Source of the DNA: Pristiophorus japonicus
Lineage: Eukaryota
NCBI RefSeq assembly: GCF_044704955.1
Contig: NC_091999.1
Span: 53,754,001 to 53,818,000, forward strand
Length of the DNA: 64,000 nt
Direction of reading: 5' to 3'
Under the pieces are notes generated by a model, which did no database searches, was not told the origin of the DNA, and saw only the letters and a list, made by a program, of their open reading frames with translations. How positions within the stretch are numbered: position 1 is the first letter of the stretch; each line of letters starts with the position of its first letter. The position numbers and the translations under genes are program-made. Shown here one piece after another: positions 1 to 11,540 of the stretch.

Positions 1-234
1 GTTTGATTGTGCTCCTGTTTAATGTTAAAGTGTCAGCAATTGCAGAGCTGGAAATGATACTCGATTCACTGTGCCTGGTACATGCAGGGAGTTGGGTAGA
101 ACTGTGTTTACTCTCTAGTGTGTTGTGCAAACTGTTGGCTAAATTCTAAACTTGATCAGAAGCGAATGTGTATGTGAAGTGAATGTCTATTTGACGTGAA
201 TGTTGAGAGTCAGTACTGAGCAGAGAGTGAGTGC

Positions 235-317
235 AGTATATGTGCGGGTTCCTGTCACTGTGGGACTACAGCAGTGGGCCACGGTGGTATACAGAGCGAG
301 CTCTCAATACAAAAACC
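235..317 (+). other. IgH diversity (D) segment (263-279, GGACTACAGCAGTGGGC) with 5' 12-RSS and 3' 22-RSS
   Basis: 5' side: degenerate nonamer AGTATATGT 235-243, 12-bp spacer, heptamer CACTGTG 256-262. 3' side: heptamer CACGGTG 280-286, 22-bp spacer, perfect nonamer ACAAAAACC 309-317. This is the shark D1-type RSS configuration. Confidence 0.92.
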
Positions 318-415
318 CCAGACAGGGAGTTTGGTCAAACCTGCGATCATTAAAACGCCAGGAGCGTCGAAGGAACTGAGGCTTAAATAAAAATAAATAG
401 AAGTAAAATATTTAT

Positions 416-443
416 CTATCTATATATATATATATATATATAT
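416..443. repeat. (TA)n microsatellite between D and J
   Basis: Direct reading. Confidence 0.9.
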
Positions 444-652
444 TTAAATGCATAAAAGTTTTCTTCTTTATTACTATTGATTGCCATGCTGAATCTGCAC
501 AGATGCTTCAGAATTATTCCAATCATTTTTGTAAATATAATGAACGGTACAAAATGAAATATCTCGCTGAGTCACTCTTACAGGAGTCGGAATCGGGTTT
601 TTAGAGCTGGGTGGAATTTAATCTCTGTATTTTACAGTTAACAGTCCACCGG

Positions 653-680
653 AGTATGTGACACGACGTGTCTCACTGTG
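653..680 (+). other. RSS in front of JH, 12-bp spacer
   Basis: Heptamer CACTGTG 674-680. Nonamer-like AGTATGTGA at 653-661 (12-bp spacer) resembles the D 5' nonamer. Nothing nonamer-like at 22/23-bp spacing (AGTCCACCG / CAGTCCACC). Confidence 0.75.
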
Positions 681-730
681 TAACGCAATGGACTACTGGG
701 GACAAGGGACCATGGTGACGGTGACTGCAA
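681..730 (+). CDS. IGHJ: IgH joining segment JH (NAMDYWGQGTMVTVTA)
   Basis: WGxG motif; heptamer immediately 5'; phase-1 donor GTAAGG at 731. Confidence 0.97.
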
Positions 731-1164
731 GTAAGGAACATTCACTCATTCAGTGACTCTTGTATTTGTGTCTTTATTTTATATTTCTGTTTATTTTAAT
801 AATTATTTTTTTCACTGAAATTTGGGTTCGGTGGATTTTGTTTTGAGAATTTTTTTGCAATGTTCAATGTTATTCTGCTGCAAAGTGATTATAGAATTCA
901 ACTGTTTCTCCACTGAAAATGTTGTTGGTGTGATTTGGTATTTATTTGCTGACGAGACATGTGCCTGGGTTACTCTAAATACGTTATGGCTTTTACACTG
1001 TTTGATGTTTCTGCAATATTTAATTTTGGTGACCTCTAATTGCTGCAGTTTTTCTGATCGAATGCAAACATTGTGTATAAATATGTTTAAAAGAACATTG
1101 TAGGCACAAAACAGAAAGCTTAGCGATCAGTAAATAAGCTTAAGGAATTTTAAGTTTTTTTTTA

Positions 1165-1172
1165 ATGCAAAT
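1165..1172 (+). promoter_or_regulatory. Octamer motif ATGCAAAT in the J-Cmu intron (candidate intronic enhancer element)
   Basis: Perfect Oct-1/Oct-2 site about 430 bp 3' of JH. Function is inferred from position only. Confidence 0.4.
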
Positions 1173-4100
1173 TGCATTGTCATCTACTGACCGAATGTTT
1201 CCGAACGCTCAGATTCAATACATGAGATGCTACTGTACTTAAGAACTGGAAAATTAACATATTTCACGCTAGGACACAGTTAAATTAATATTATTAACAT
1301 TAATATAATGTAGCAATATCACCACGTTTTATTAAATATGCTATAATATCAACATTAATGTATTAAACATGATCCGTTTGATCGCAATTCTGCTTTCATT
1401 ATTTTATATTTCTGTTGAATTCAATCTTTAGTTATTTCAGTGTTAGGCGGGTTTGGTGATTGTGTAATGAGATTTTTTGCAATGATACATTTGATTCTGC
1501 TGAAAGGGTTTATAAAATGAAGCGTCTGCTCCATGAAAGGTTCTGTCGAGGGATTTCGCCCCTCAGTGATGTGATTTAGTGTTGATCTGCTGAGGAGAGG
1601 TATGCCTGTGTTACTCAGAATACCTATAATTTGTGAAACTGTTTGGCGTTTCTACAATGTTTAATATCAGTGCCAGCGGGTAGCATCAGGTTTCTGCTCG
1701 AATGCAAACACGATATGTGTTTGAAACTGTTTGAAAACAGATTATAGGCAGAGAACAGGACGGGTTTAGAAATCAGAAATCATTGAAAGGTATTTTAACA
1801 TAACAATTATACAAGTGATAAATATATATTCAACTATTAATCTATCTTTACGATGCTGATATTTTATTGTGTGAAATGTAACTAATTTCCATCTACATAA
1901 TTAATGTGTTCAGGTTGTAGTTGAATTAAATTAATATTAAGCAACCGATTATAATGCGATAATATCTCCCAGTGTTGTTAAAATATGCTATAAGTCTAAT
2001 GTTAATATTATTCGCTTTCCAAAATTCTGCTCTGCACTGGGCTCCATTAAGGGAAGCAGAAATTTTTAGGACTGGACACAGTTATTAATTATGCCTGCAA
2101 TTATTTCACTGACAACATACTGATTCCACCGCTGTGTTCAGTTGTGTCAGGAGTTCAATTACTTGCTACCTCCTGTTTACACAGATGAATGATTGAGGGC
2201 AATTAATTATAACTTAAAGCCGTGTTGTAAATTGCATTTTGTCAATTTAATATATCTGCCGTGGTATGACATTCTCACTGTGCAGCCGAAATTTGTTATT
2301 GAATCAATATTGTGTGTTGTTTGATAGAGTTATTACTAAATTAATCTTGAACACTTTGCAAGACCAAAAGCTGAGAGACAGGCGTCGCTGGCAGTCAAAG
2401 AATTGTTCATGTAATTATATTTAAATTCAAGGCAGGTTCCGACTGCGTATGGCTGGAGACAGGCAAATACTGCATTCATGCAGATTAATTTACTTACAAA
2501 AGGTTCATCTTATTTTGAATTTAAAACAAAATCTATTCTCCCAATACGCTGCTGTATGCGGAATAGAATAGTAGACAAAGTACAGATAATATCTGAGAGT
2601 TATGTTTAATTCTTATGAATATTAAATTGATGAACAAAGTTTCTCCTCCATTTGCTCATTCAGTTTCAATGTCGCATACGGTCTGAATGATTTGTTATCC
2701 TCCAGTTTTCACTGACCATTCTGGAAACTATTTTCAAGAAGTAGCAGAATATATTTAATCATTAAATTGGGGCATTGTGTGAATAACGGGAGTGAACTAT
2801 AAAAGATTGTCTGTGTTACTAAACAGCGGAGGATCTGCTACTAACTGTAAACTACACGGGTGGGTTTTAATAAATAATGACATTTTTGGGGTTTAAGATT
2901 GAGGAGAATCTTTCAGCTCGAGATTCCAGCATTAGTAAACAAGCGGTTTACAACCATTGGAGTTGTGACCCCGGCTGGACAGAGAACTATTTAAAATAGT
3001 TCACCCCTAAATCGATCATGTGAAATGTTCTCTGCGAATAGACGCAGTTTATCCAATATCAGAAACATGCAGAGTTTAAAAAGATGTCGGTCGAGAGCGG
3101 GACAGCGATTGTTGTCAATTATTCAAATTTGTTTCGATTTAAGTAAAAATAAGGTATTTTTCTGAGTATTGATATATTAATATGCTGCTTAATATTTTAA
3201 TATTCATGAATTGTTATAGTAATTTAAGTTAACCTTAATATATCACAAGTTACTAGGCAGAAAAAGGTTTTAAAATTATTATTAATTAATTGTATTAGTA
3301 AGGCTGAAATTCAAGCACGTTAATTTAATTTCAAAAGTTCCAGGTACGTGTGCTTCTGAGCAGGAAGAGCCAGATAGGCACTCAGATTATTTTCAATAAT
3401 CAGCTAACATGAACATTAACTTAGACAGTAACATCAGTGCTAATTCATTAAACATAAACGGTCCATTACAATTGTGTTGCATACTGGTCAGTATTACACT
3501 TATTGCAAAATCTCAAGGGTTGCAGATAATGTTTAATTAATTCATAAGTTAATTTAGAAAACAATGCATGTATAACCCGGCTGTGCTGAGTTCGATAAGG
3601 TGTCGCTGCAGATTTTAGTGAATTAACTTCCTGTTTTGCCTCGATGATTTTACAGGTTATATTTACTGATGAAAAAATATAAAATCAGTGGGTGATCAGG
3701 TTTCATTGTAGATGTCCCCTGGATTGTGATATTCTTATTCTGTCACTGATTCCCGTGTGACGGGCAGCAAATTCCCGTGGAATGTGAATTATTTCCAGAT
3801 ACTTGCTTTCAGGGAAGTTCTTTTTTACACGGTTTACAACATAGTTGACAGAGATGGAAAAATGGCTGGATGTTGAAGAATCTCTCAAATTAATATCAGT
3901 TGAATTTCAAAGAATCTGCAGAGTTGAGGTGGTTGGAAATTGACAAGAAGTAAATAAGAAATCAAGCAGCTTCATTGAAATTACAGATTGAGCTGGTCTT
4001 TTGTTCCGTTTCTGTGCGCCTGCTCACTGCGTGAGAATCAGGAGTCCTACTGACGGATTGTAAAACTTCTGGATTGTGATCCTGTATTGCAGGAAGTGTC

Positions 4101-4229
4101 ATTTAACTCAGTTATTTAAGAAACTGGCATATGTGAGAAACGTGAAAGATTGACTTTAAGGTTGTGGAGTCGCCGCAGAAATGAGATCGGTAACCCAGAT
4201 TATGATAGTCAGAAGGAGCAGTTCCAAAA

Positions 4230-5610
4230 CACCATGGGGAGACAGTAGAATGAGCTTTAATCAGTTTCTAACCCGGTTGTACCTGCCCTGGAAGTGTTTG
4301 ATGGGACAGTGCAGAAGGAGCTTTAATCAGTTTCTAACGCGGTTGTACCTGCCCTGGGAGTGTTTGATGGGACAGTGTAGAGGGAGTGTTACTCTGTATC
4401 TGACCCATGCTGTACCTGCTGTGGACGTGTTTGATGGGACAATGTAGAGGGAGCTTTACTCTGTATCTAGTCCATGCTCTGCATGCCCTGGGAGTGTTTA
4501 ATGGGACAGTGCAGAAATAATTTTACTCGGAATCCAAACCTTGCTATATTTGACCCGTCCTACAGGGTAGTGAAGTTTAATGTTCATTCAACCTTTGCTT
4601 TACATGACCTTAAGCGCCAGACGGATCGGTGAAGAGGGAGATTTACTCTATCGGATCGATCCTGTATCTGATTTGAGTGATTTCCCAAAAATATTGAAGG
4701 AACCTCATCTGCTTCTAACTAATAAGATATCGAATTCGTAATGTTTATAGAATTTGAGCATCAGATAATTATTGAATGAGATTGGTCTGATCCGAAGCTC
4801 ACTTTCAGAACAAACACTTTCAGGATAGCAGCATCTCGTCTGATCTGCTGAGTACTCCAATTTATTTTGGCAATTTTGTACCTGCACTGGGATTTTTTGA
4901 TGAAATACCGTAGAGGGAGATCTATTCTGTATCTAACCCATGCTGAACATGCCCTGGGAATGTTTAATGGGACACTGTAGAGGGAGCTTTACTCTGTACC
5001 TGTCTTGGGAGTGTTTGATGGAACAGTGTAGAGAATGCTTTATTCTTTATCCAAGCCTTACTATTCCTGCTCTGAGTGTGTTTAATTGGCAGTGTGGAGG
5101 GAAATTTACATTTTATCTAACTCGTGACGTACCTGCCCTGGGAGTGTTTGATGTGACAGTCAAGAGGGAGCTTTACTCTGCAACTAACCCGTGCTTTACC
5201 TTAAATGGCAGTGCTTGATGGGACATTGCAGAGATAGCTTTAATCAGTATTTAACCTTTTATTTACAAGGACGTGGAGCTTAATTGGGTCCTTCAATATA
5301 GCTTGATCTATTTAATTAGAGCTCGAGGTGAGCTGGTGCGCTTTAATGGATCAGTGTATAGGAAGCTTTTATTTGTACTTGTGATAATTGTGCTTAATCT
5401 AATCGGTCAATTTGATAACACATGTTAAGGGAAGGCATTTCGTAGCACATCTCTGCAGTACTTGAGCTGGGAATGTTTGACGGGATAATCCAGATAACGT
5501 ATTACTCTGTATGCAACCCTTGCTATACCTGTCTTGACACACACGGCAGCACAGCGGGAGCTTTGCTCTCTTATCCGTGCTGTATCGGACCTGAGAGTGC
5601 TTGGTCAGGC
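4230..5610 (+). repeat. Diverged arrays of a ~67-bp tandem repeat (CTGCCCTGGGAGTGTTTGATGGGACAGTGTAGAGGGAGCTTTACTCTGTATCTAACCC...)
   Basis: GTTTGATGGGAC recurs at 66-67 bp spacing (4296, 4362, 4429). The same family occurs inverted at ~17080-17170 and 32460-32755. Confidence 0.85.
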
Positions 5611-6309
5611 AGTGTTCAAGGCACCGTTATATGCGACTAACAGATAGCAGATAAACTGCTCGTGCCAGATATATACAATAAATCGCTCCATTGCCCAGAT
5701 TAAACAACGCACATTCATTGATGTTTATATTCTTTCAGAAAAAAAGCCCAAATTTAAATGAATTATTAATTTTTTAACATTTTAAGCATCAGATTACTAT
5801 TGAACACGATTGGCCTGATCCTCAGCTCACTTTCAGAACAAACCGTTTTAGGAAGTGAATAACGGTCCAGAAAGCAGCGCCTGTTCTAATCTGTTGGGAG
5901 GCTCTAAGATATTTTCACAATTTAAATGGAGAATATCGAGATTCCCGCTTCAAATAACCGTCATGGGGACCTCATGTTTAGAAACATTATGTTGTTCAAT
6001 TCTTCCTGAGAAGGTTAAAGGCAGGGACAAACTATGACGAGATGCAGCTATTGGCCTGGGTCACAACACAAGGCACACAATCACTGAGCTGTAATTCTGT
6101 GAAACATTTAAAGAGATAGAGTCAACCTGCAATAAGTCATCATTCACAATGAACGTTAAGCCTTTATAACAGCATGCGATTGACTAATTTGTGTCAGATT
6201 TATAAGATCCCTTTATTTTAAATATCCTCTTTCATTATAACGAACAATAAAAATAGATCTGGTAGAGTTGTCCAAAATATGAAGCGTTTCCTTCAATTAA
6301 ATCTAAAAG

Positions 6310-7260
6310 AACTATTCCCACTGACTCGTGTAGAATGATAGCATCTCACAGCACTGGAAAGGCCATTCAGGCATCGTGCCTGTGCCGGCTCTGAAAGAGC
6401 TGTCCAATTTATACCAACCCCCCAGGGTTTTGCTTGTAACCGTGCAATTGAGTCATCCTGACTTACAGGAGGAAATGTCTGGAGCATTCCTGAAATTACC
6501 AACCCTCTGTGTGAAAAAATTACCCCAATTTCCCCTTTTGATCTTTTGCCAATTATTTTAAATCTGTGACCTTTGGTTACCCACCTACTTTCCAGCGGAA
6601 GCAGTTTCTCCCTACTTGCTCTATCAAAACATGTCATAATGTTGAATATCTCTCTTAAGTCTCCTCTTAACCTCTGCTCCAAGGAGAACATCCCAGCTTC
6701 TGCAATCTCTCCATATAACTGAAGACCCCATCCCTGGCATCATCCTGGTAAAAGCCTCCCCTCTACACTCCCCAAGGGCTTGACATCCTTCCTACATTGT
6801 TGTGCCAGAATTGTGCACAATACTCCAGCTGAGGCCTAACACGTGATCTGTACGTTTAGCAAAACCGCCTTGTTTTTGTAGTCAATGCCCCATTTACAAA
6901 GTCAAGTATCCCATACGCTTTCATAACAGTCTTACCAGTTTGCCCTGCCCCCTTCAAATATTTGTGAATATGTACATCTAGATCTCTTTGTTCATGCATC
7001 CCCTCAAAACAATACTATTTAGATTATACTGCCTCTCCATCTTCCACCCAATGTGCATCGCTTCTCAATGATTCGCATTAAATTGCAATTGCCATGTCCC
7101 AGCCTATTTCACTGCTCCATCTGTCTCCTCATGGAGTCTGCTGCTTTCATGCTCACTATTGGCTACATTGCCAGGTTTTGCATCATCTTCGAAATTCGAT
7201 ATTGTATTCCCTATAACCAAGCCCAGGTCATTGTTATATAACAGGAACAACAATGGGAAC
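6310..7260 (-). mobile_element. CR1-clade LINE 3' fragment
   Basis: Minus-strand peptides FSLEQRLRGDL..., FEDDAK (FADD-like) and a CR1-type 3' end near 6320-6380. Confidence 0.85.
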
Positions 7261-8011
7261 TGAAATGGGCCATTTAAGGAGAAACTTCCAATTAACCAGA
7301 TTTTGGAATGGTATATTATTCGGATTATTAATTGAATGGGAGGGAGGAGGAAACTCAAGAGACATGCATTCAATAGGATGGGATAGAGCCCAGATCACAG
7401 TGCACTGAGGGACATCGCTCTCCCGCAAATGCTGAGAAAATAAGGGAGAAATTAGACTCAATCGCGATTCACCTACAACTTGAATCTTAGAAACTAGACT
7501 ATGGAAATGCTACCTGTTGAATTATGTGGTAGGCAAATTTAGAGGTTTTTTTTGTTAACATCCGAAGCAGGAATTCCGCTGTTACTTTGAAGTACAGTCA
7601 CTGTTGTTTTGTAGGGATATGCCGCAGGCAATGTGCACAGAGCAAAATTCCCCAAACAGCAATTAAATAAAAGACCAGAAATGATGCTGATTGAGAAATA
7701 AATGCAGGCCGAAATAGCAGGAACACGTCTCTGTTCTTCTATTGTATGATCCAATGAAGGATTCTTTATTGACGAGTTGTGTAAAGGTTCTTGTTGTGTA
7801 ATATGTTAGAGCTAGGGGAAAAAAGGTGTGTTCCTCACCAGGGCATCGACAGGTGCTTATGATGGAACTGACAGAAACTCAAATGCCCGTGTAGTCTTTG
7901 ATGGGGAAATGGTGGAATTAGATTATTCTGCAGTCAAATTTCGAGTTGCTTATTTCTTTTATAAGCATGGATTACAGAGACTAACTTGTTCAATGGGCCA
8001 TTCTTTCCCAG

Positions 8012-8311
8012 TAACACCGCCTCCCCCCACCCTCTACGCCCTGCTCTCCACTTGTGAACAACCAAGCACCGATGGCTTCATCACGTATGGTTGTTTGGCG
8101 ATGGACTACTCCCCCGATATAACCAGCATTTCCTGGATGAAAGATGAAGTGCCAATCACCACTGGATTGAAGACATACCCATCAATGCTCACCAAGAAGG
8201 GAACCTACACCCAGAGCAGCCAGTTAAGCATCAACGAGACAGATGTGGGGAACAGCACAATCTACTGTGAGGTTCGACGTGGTGTATCGGTCTGGGCCAT
8301 CACAATGCGAG
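8012..8311 (+). CDS. IGHM: IgM heavy chain Cmu1 exon
   Basis: AG 8010-8011, GT 8312, 300 bp, phase 1. [16 protein letters not shown]...[10 protein letters not shown]...SW...YCEV is a C1-set domain with the N-terminal Cys for light-chain linkage. Confidence 0.96.
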
Positions 8312-8390
8312 GTTAGTGATATGGGTTACAGGGCAAACTATGATAAGGTGAGGAATTATGTTCAACTTGTGTAGAAATTTGGTTAGACAA

Positions 8391-8840
8391 CACTTAGAGT
8401 ACTGTGTACAGTTGTGGTTTCCATATCATACTTAGAATACTGCGCATCGTTCTAGTCTCCTTATCACATTTAGAATATTGTTCACAAATCTGATTTCCAT
8501 CTCATACTTAGAAGAGTGTCTAAAGTTCTGGTCTCCATATCATACTTAAAATAGTATGCACAGTTCCGTTCTCCATATCACAGTTAGAATACTGTACACA
8601 GTTCTGTTCTCCATATCACACTTAGAATATTGTTTCAAGTTCTGGTTTCCATCTCATACTTAGAATAAAGGTGTAAAGTTCTGGTCTCCATATCATACTT
8701 AGAATAGTACGCATAGTTCAGGTCCCCATATCACACTTAGAATAATGTGCATGGTTCTGGTCCCCATATCGCACTTAGAATATTATGCACAGTTCTGGTC
8801 TGTATATTACACTGAGAATACTGTGCAAAGTTCTGCTCTC
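8391..8840 (+). repeat. 38-bp minisatellite (~12 copies) amplified from a CR1 ORF2 segment
   Basis: CTTAG anchor at 8393, 8431, 8469, 8507...8812. The unit encodes HLEY(C/Y)AQFWSPY, the same peptide seen in the CR1 at ~51130. Confidence 0.88.
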
Positions 8841-8958
8841 TGTAAATGCCAGGTTAGTGTTAGTCTGACAGCAAAGAACTTGTTAAAATATAAGGACACT
8901 TTGCATTTCATAATCATTTATTTTCCAAGCAATGTTATTAATATGTCTTCTCTTGAAG

Positions 8959-9276
8959 ATCCTGAACCGAACATCGTTCCTCCAACTGTTCTCCTCACGC
9001 TGAGTTCCACTGAACAAATCACCAGCAGCAGATACGCAAGCGCCGTGTGCTCAATCATCGATTTCCGGCCAAAGTCACTGACCGTGAATTGGCTGAAGAG
9101 TGGACAACTCCTGGATTCGGGCTTCATCACATCTCCCATCTTTGAGGTGAACGGGAACTTCTCGACGGCCAGTCAGCTGACAGTCCCAGCCGAGGAATGG
9201 TTCACCGGCTCGATCTACACCTGCCAGGTCACTCATGAAGGAGTCACGCAAAGCCGGAACTTCAGCAGATCTCAGG
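8959..9276 (+). CDS. IGHM: IgM heavy chain Cmu2 exon
   Basis: AG 8957-8958, GT 9277, 318 bp; [11 protein letters not shown]...VCSIIDF...NW...[15 protein letters not shown]. Confidence 0.96.
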
Positions 9277-9409
9277 GTAAGAGACACAATGCCGGGAGGT
9301 TCCAGACCATTCTGAGCGCTGACCTCAGTCAGGACTTTTATTGCAATTAGTAAAAAGCAGAGGAATGTTCCTAATTTCCAATCATGCAGTTCGTGTATTC
9401 TTGCGATAC

Positions 9410-9850
9410 AAACTTGCCTTTATACAGCGCCTTTAGCGACCACAGACTAAACCAGAGCGCTTGCCAGCCAATGAATTAAGTTGTGAAATGAGGTCACAGT
9501 TGTAATATACATAGTGCGGCAGTCATTTAGTGCACAGCAAGCTCCCACAAACAGCAGTGTGATAATGAACATTTCTTTTTGTTGAGTGATATTTCTTGAG
9601 GGTTAAAAATTCCCAGGCCACCAGGTAGAACTCCTCTGCTTTTCATTGAAATAATGCCAGGGTATCTTTTACCTCCATCTCAGAGGCCAGACAGATCCTC
9701 AGTTTAACACTTGATCCGACAGATGGCACCTCCGACAGTGCGCCACGTCCCCAGTACTGAACTGGGAGAACAAGCTTACATTTTGTGTTCAAGTATCTGG
9801 AGTGGGAATTCAATCCACGATCTTCTGGTTCAGGATTCCTCATTGCTCAC
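9410..9850 (-). mobile_element. tRNA-headed SINE (SacSINE1/DeuSINE-like)
   Basis: Reverse complement of the SINE at ~34975-35410: box-B-like head at ~9800-9830, central domain, ...GGCGCTGTATAAAGGCAAG tail. Family name is from recognition, not a search. Confidence 0.7.
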
Positions 9851-9999
9851 GATTTATTAACCTCGCCAAAGAGGCTTTCCCCTTGCTCTGATGTCAGGCA
9901 GTGAGTGAAGTGTCCTCAGTCACAGGTTTATCCTGAGTTGGCTGATCAAATACGGAGCGGCAGTGGGAGTCTGGAACCCTTTCCTGCCAACTGTCCAGG

Positions 10000-10530
10000 A
10001 ATCCTGCTAGAATGGGCATCTACCCTATTCAGAGCAATGAGCCCAATTCTCGGCTCTGCACCTCAGGAAGGATATACGTGGAGGCGTATATCAGAATTAA
10101 ACCGGGGCTAATAATGTAAAATGATCAGAGATGAGTATAGAACGTTAAGAGATGATCCAATTGACGTGTTTAAGTTGATAAATGAAATTAATCGAGTAGA
10201 TATAGAAAAAATTATTTCGTTTGATGAAAGAGTCGAGAACAAGTAGCAGAACCTTAACATTAGAGTTAGGCCGTGCAGAGGTGATGTCAGAAAGGATTTC
10301 CTCACAGGAAGAATAGTGCAAGTCGGGATTTCACTCCCCAAAAGCTGCTAACGCTTGCTTTCAAATGCAAAGTTGAAAATTGAGATTGATAGATTTTAGT
10401 CAGGCAAAGTTATCAAGGGTTACATAACCAAGGTGTGAAGATGGTGTTGAGTGTTGATCAGCCATGATCTAACTGGATGGCGGGACAGGATCGATGGGCT
10501 GAATGGCCTCCTCCTGTTCCTATGTTGCTA
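10000..10530 (+). mobile_element. CR1 LINE 3' fragment
   Basis: Degenerate ORF2 C-terminus; 3' end ...GATCAGCCATGATC...GAATGGCCTCCTCCTGTTCCTATG. Confidence 0.75.
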
Positions 10531-11231
10531 TTAATACCCTGAGGTCACATTTCACTCTGACTTTCTCTCACCAGACATGATAAATGTTCAGTAATTACAG
10601 AAATTAACAAACTACCTCACATCATTACAACTGATGCCCCACCACAAAGACTCCTTGGAACTCCATTCTCCCGACCTTGCACTTCTCCTCTGACGGGGGT
10701 TGTGACTGGTGACTGCACATTTTCACCCCAACAAATATAGCAGCAAGATTCCAGAAACTTAACTTTGTTCCTGCAGCCCCAAAATTCCTGAAATTAATTT
10801 GCACTGGTTTTGAACCAGTATAATGCTGGTGGAGACCTTTGAACTTCGGGCTATTCGGGCTTCAGCTATTATAAGCAGCGGAGATGCATTTGGGTGCAAG
10901 GATCTATAGACGAGCTTAAAGGAGCAAGGGATTTCAGGAAGAGAGCTATTCAATGCCTAACACAATTGCGCCCCAGAGTATTCCCATTTTACACCGGGTA
11001 TTTGCTTCACAGCCCATTACAGGTGGCTCTGGCTGCAAATACACAAGAAATGTTACAGATCTCCCGGAATCGTTGCCAATTCATTGTCATTCTAATAACG
11101 CCAGTGTTGAAGCATCAGCGAGAGGTTGATATCTCAAAAGTGATGTATTCCCCTTGAAAGAGTTAAGGCTAAATATTGGTCTCCTGATTTTGAAGCTGCA
11201 GCTTTTCCTGACTTTCATTCCTGTTTCGCAG

Positions 11232-11540
11232 TGGATGTCCCATGCAGCGAATCAAAAATCACTCTTCGCCCACCGCCACTGGAACAGGTCTTACTGGAGG
11301 CGACGGTGACATTAACCTGCGTCGTGTCTGACGCTCCTTATGGGCTCACCGTGTCCTGGACCCGAGAAAAGGAGGCTTTGAAATCAGAGATTGCCGTCCA
11401 ACCGGGAGAGGATCCCAACAGCGTGATCAGCAAGTTAAACATCTCGACACAAGACTGGCTGAGTGGGGATAAGTTCTACTGCGTGGTGAGCCATCAGAAT
11501 ATGCCGACTCCTATCAGAGATTCCATCCACAAGGAAAAGG
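11232..11540 (+). CDS. IGHM: IgM heavy chain Cmu3 exon
   Basis: AG 11230-11231, GT 11541, 309 bp; VDVPCSESK...LTCVVS...SW...[14 protein letters not shown]. Confidence 0.96.

Noticed and set aside
596-604. GGTTTTTAG as the J or D2 nonamer
   Set aside because: No heptamer at 12 or 22/23 bp; it is 70 bp from the J heptamer.
4230-5610. Repeat arrays in the J-Cmu intron as an Ig switch region
   Set aside because: The same repeat occurs elsewhere in the window away from the intron; it is not dense in AGCT/GGGGT pentamers, and cartilaginous fish lack classical S regions.
7828-8011. N-terminal extensions of the Cmu1 and Cmu2 ORFs in the ORF track
   Set aside because: Intronic sequence upstream of clear splice acceptors (8011, 8958).
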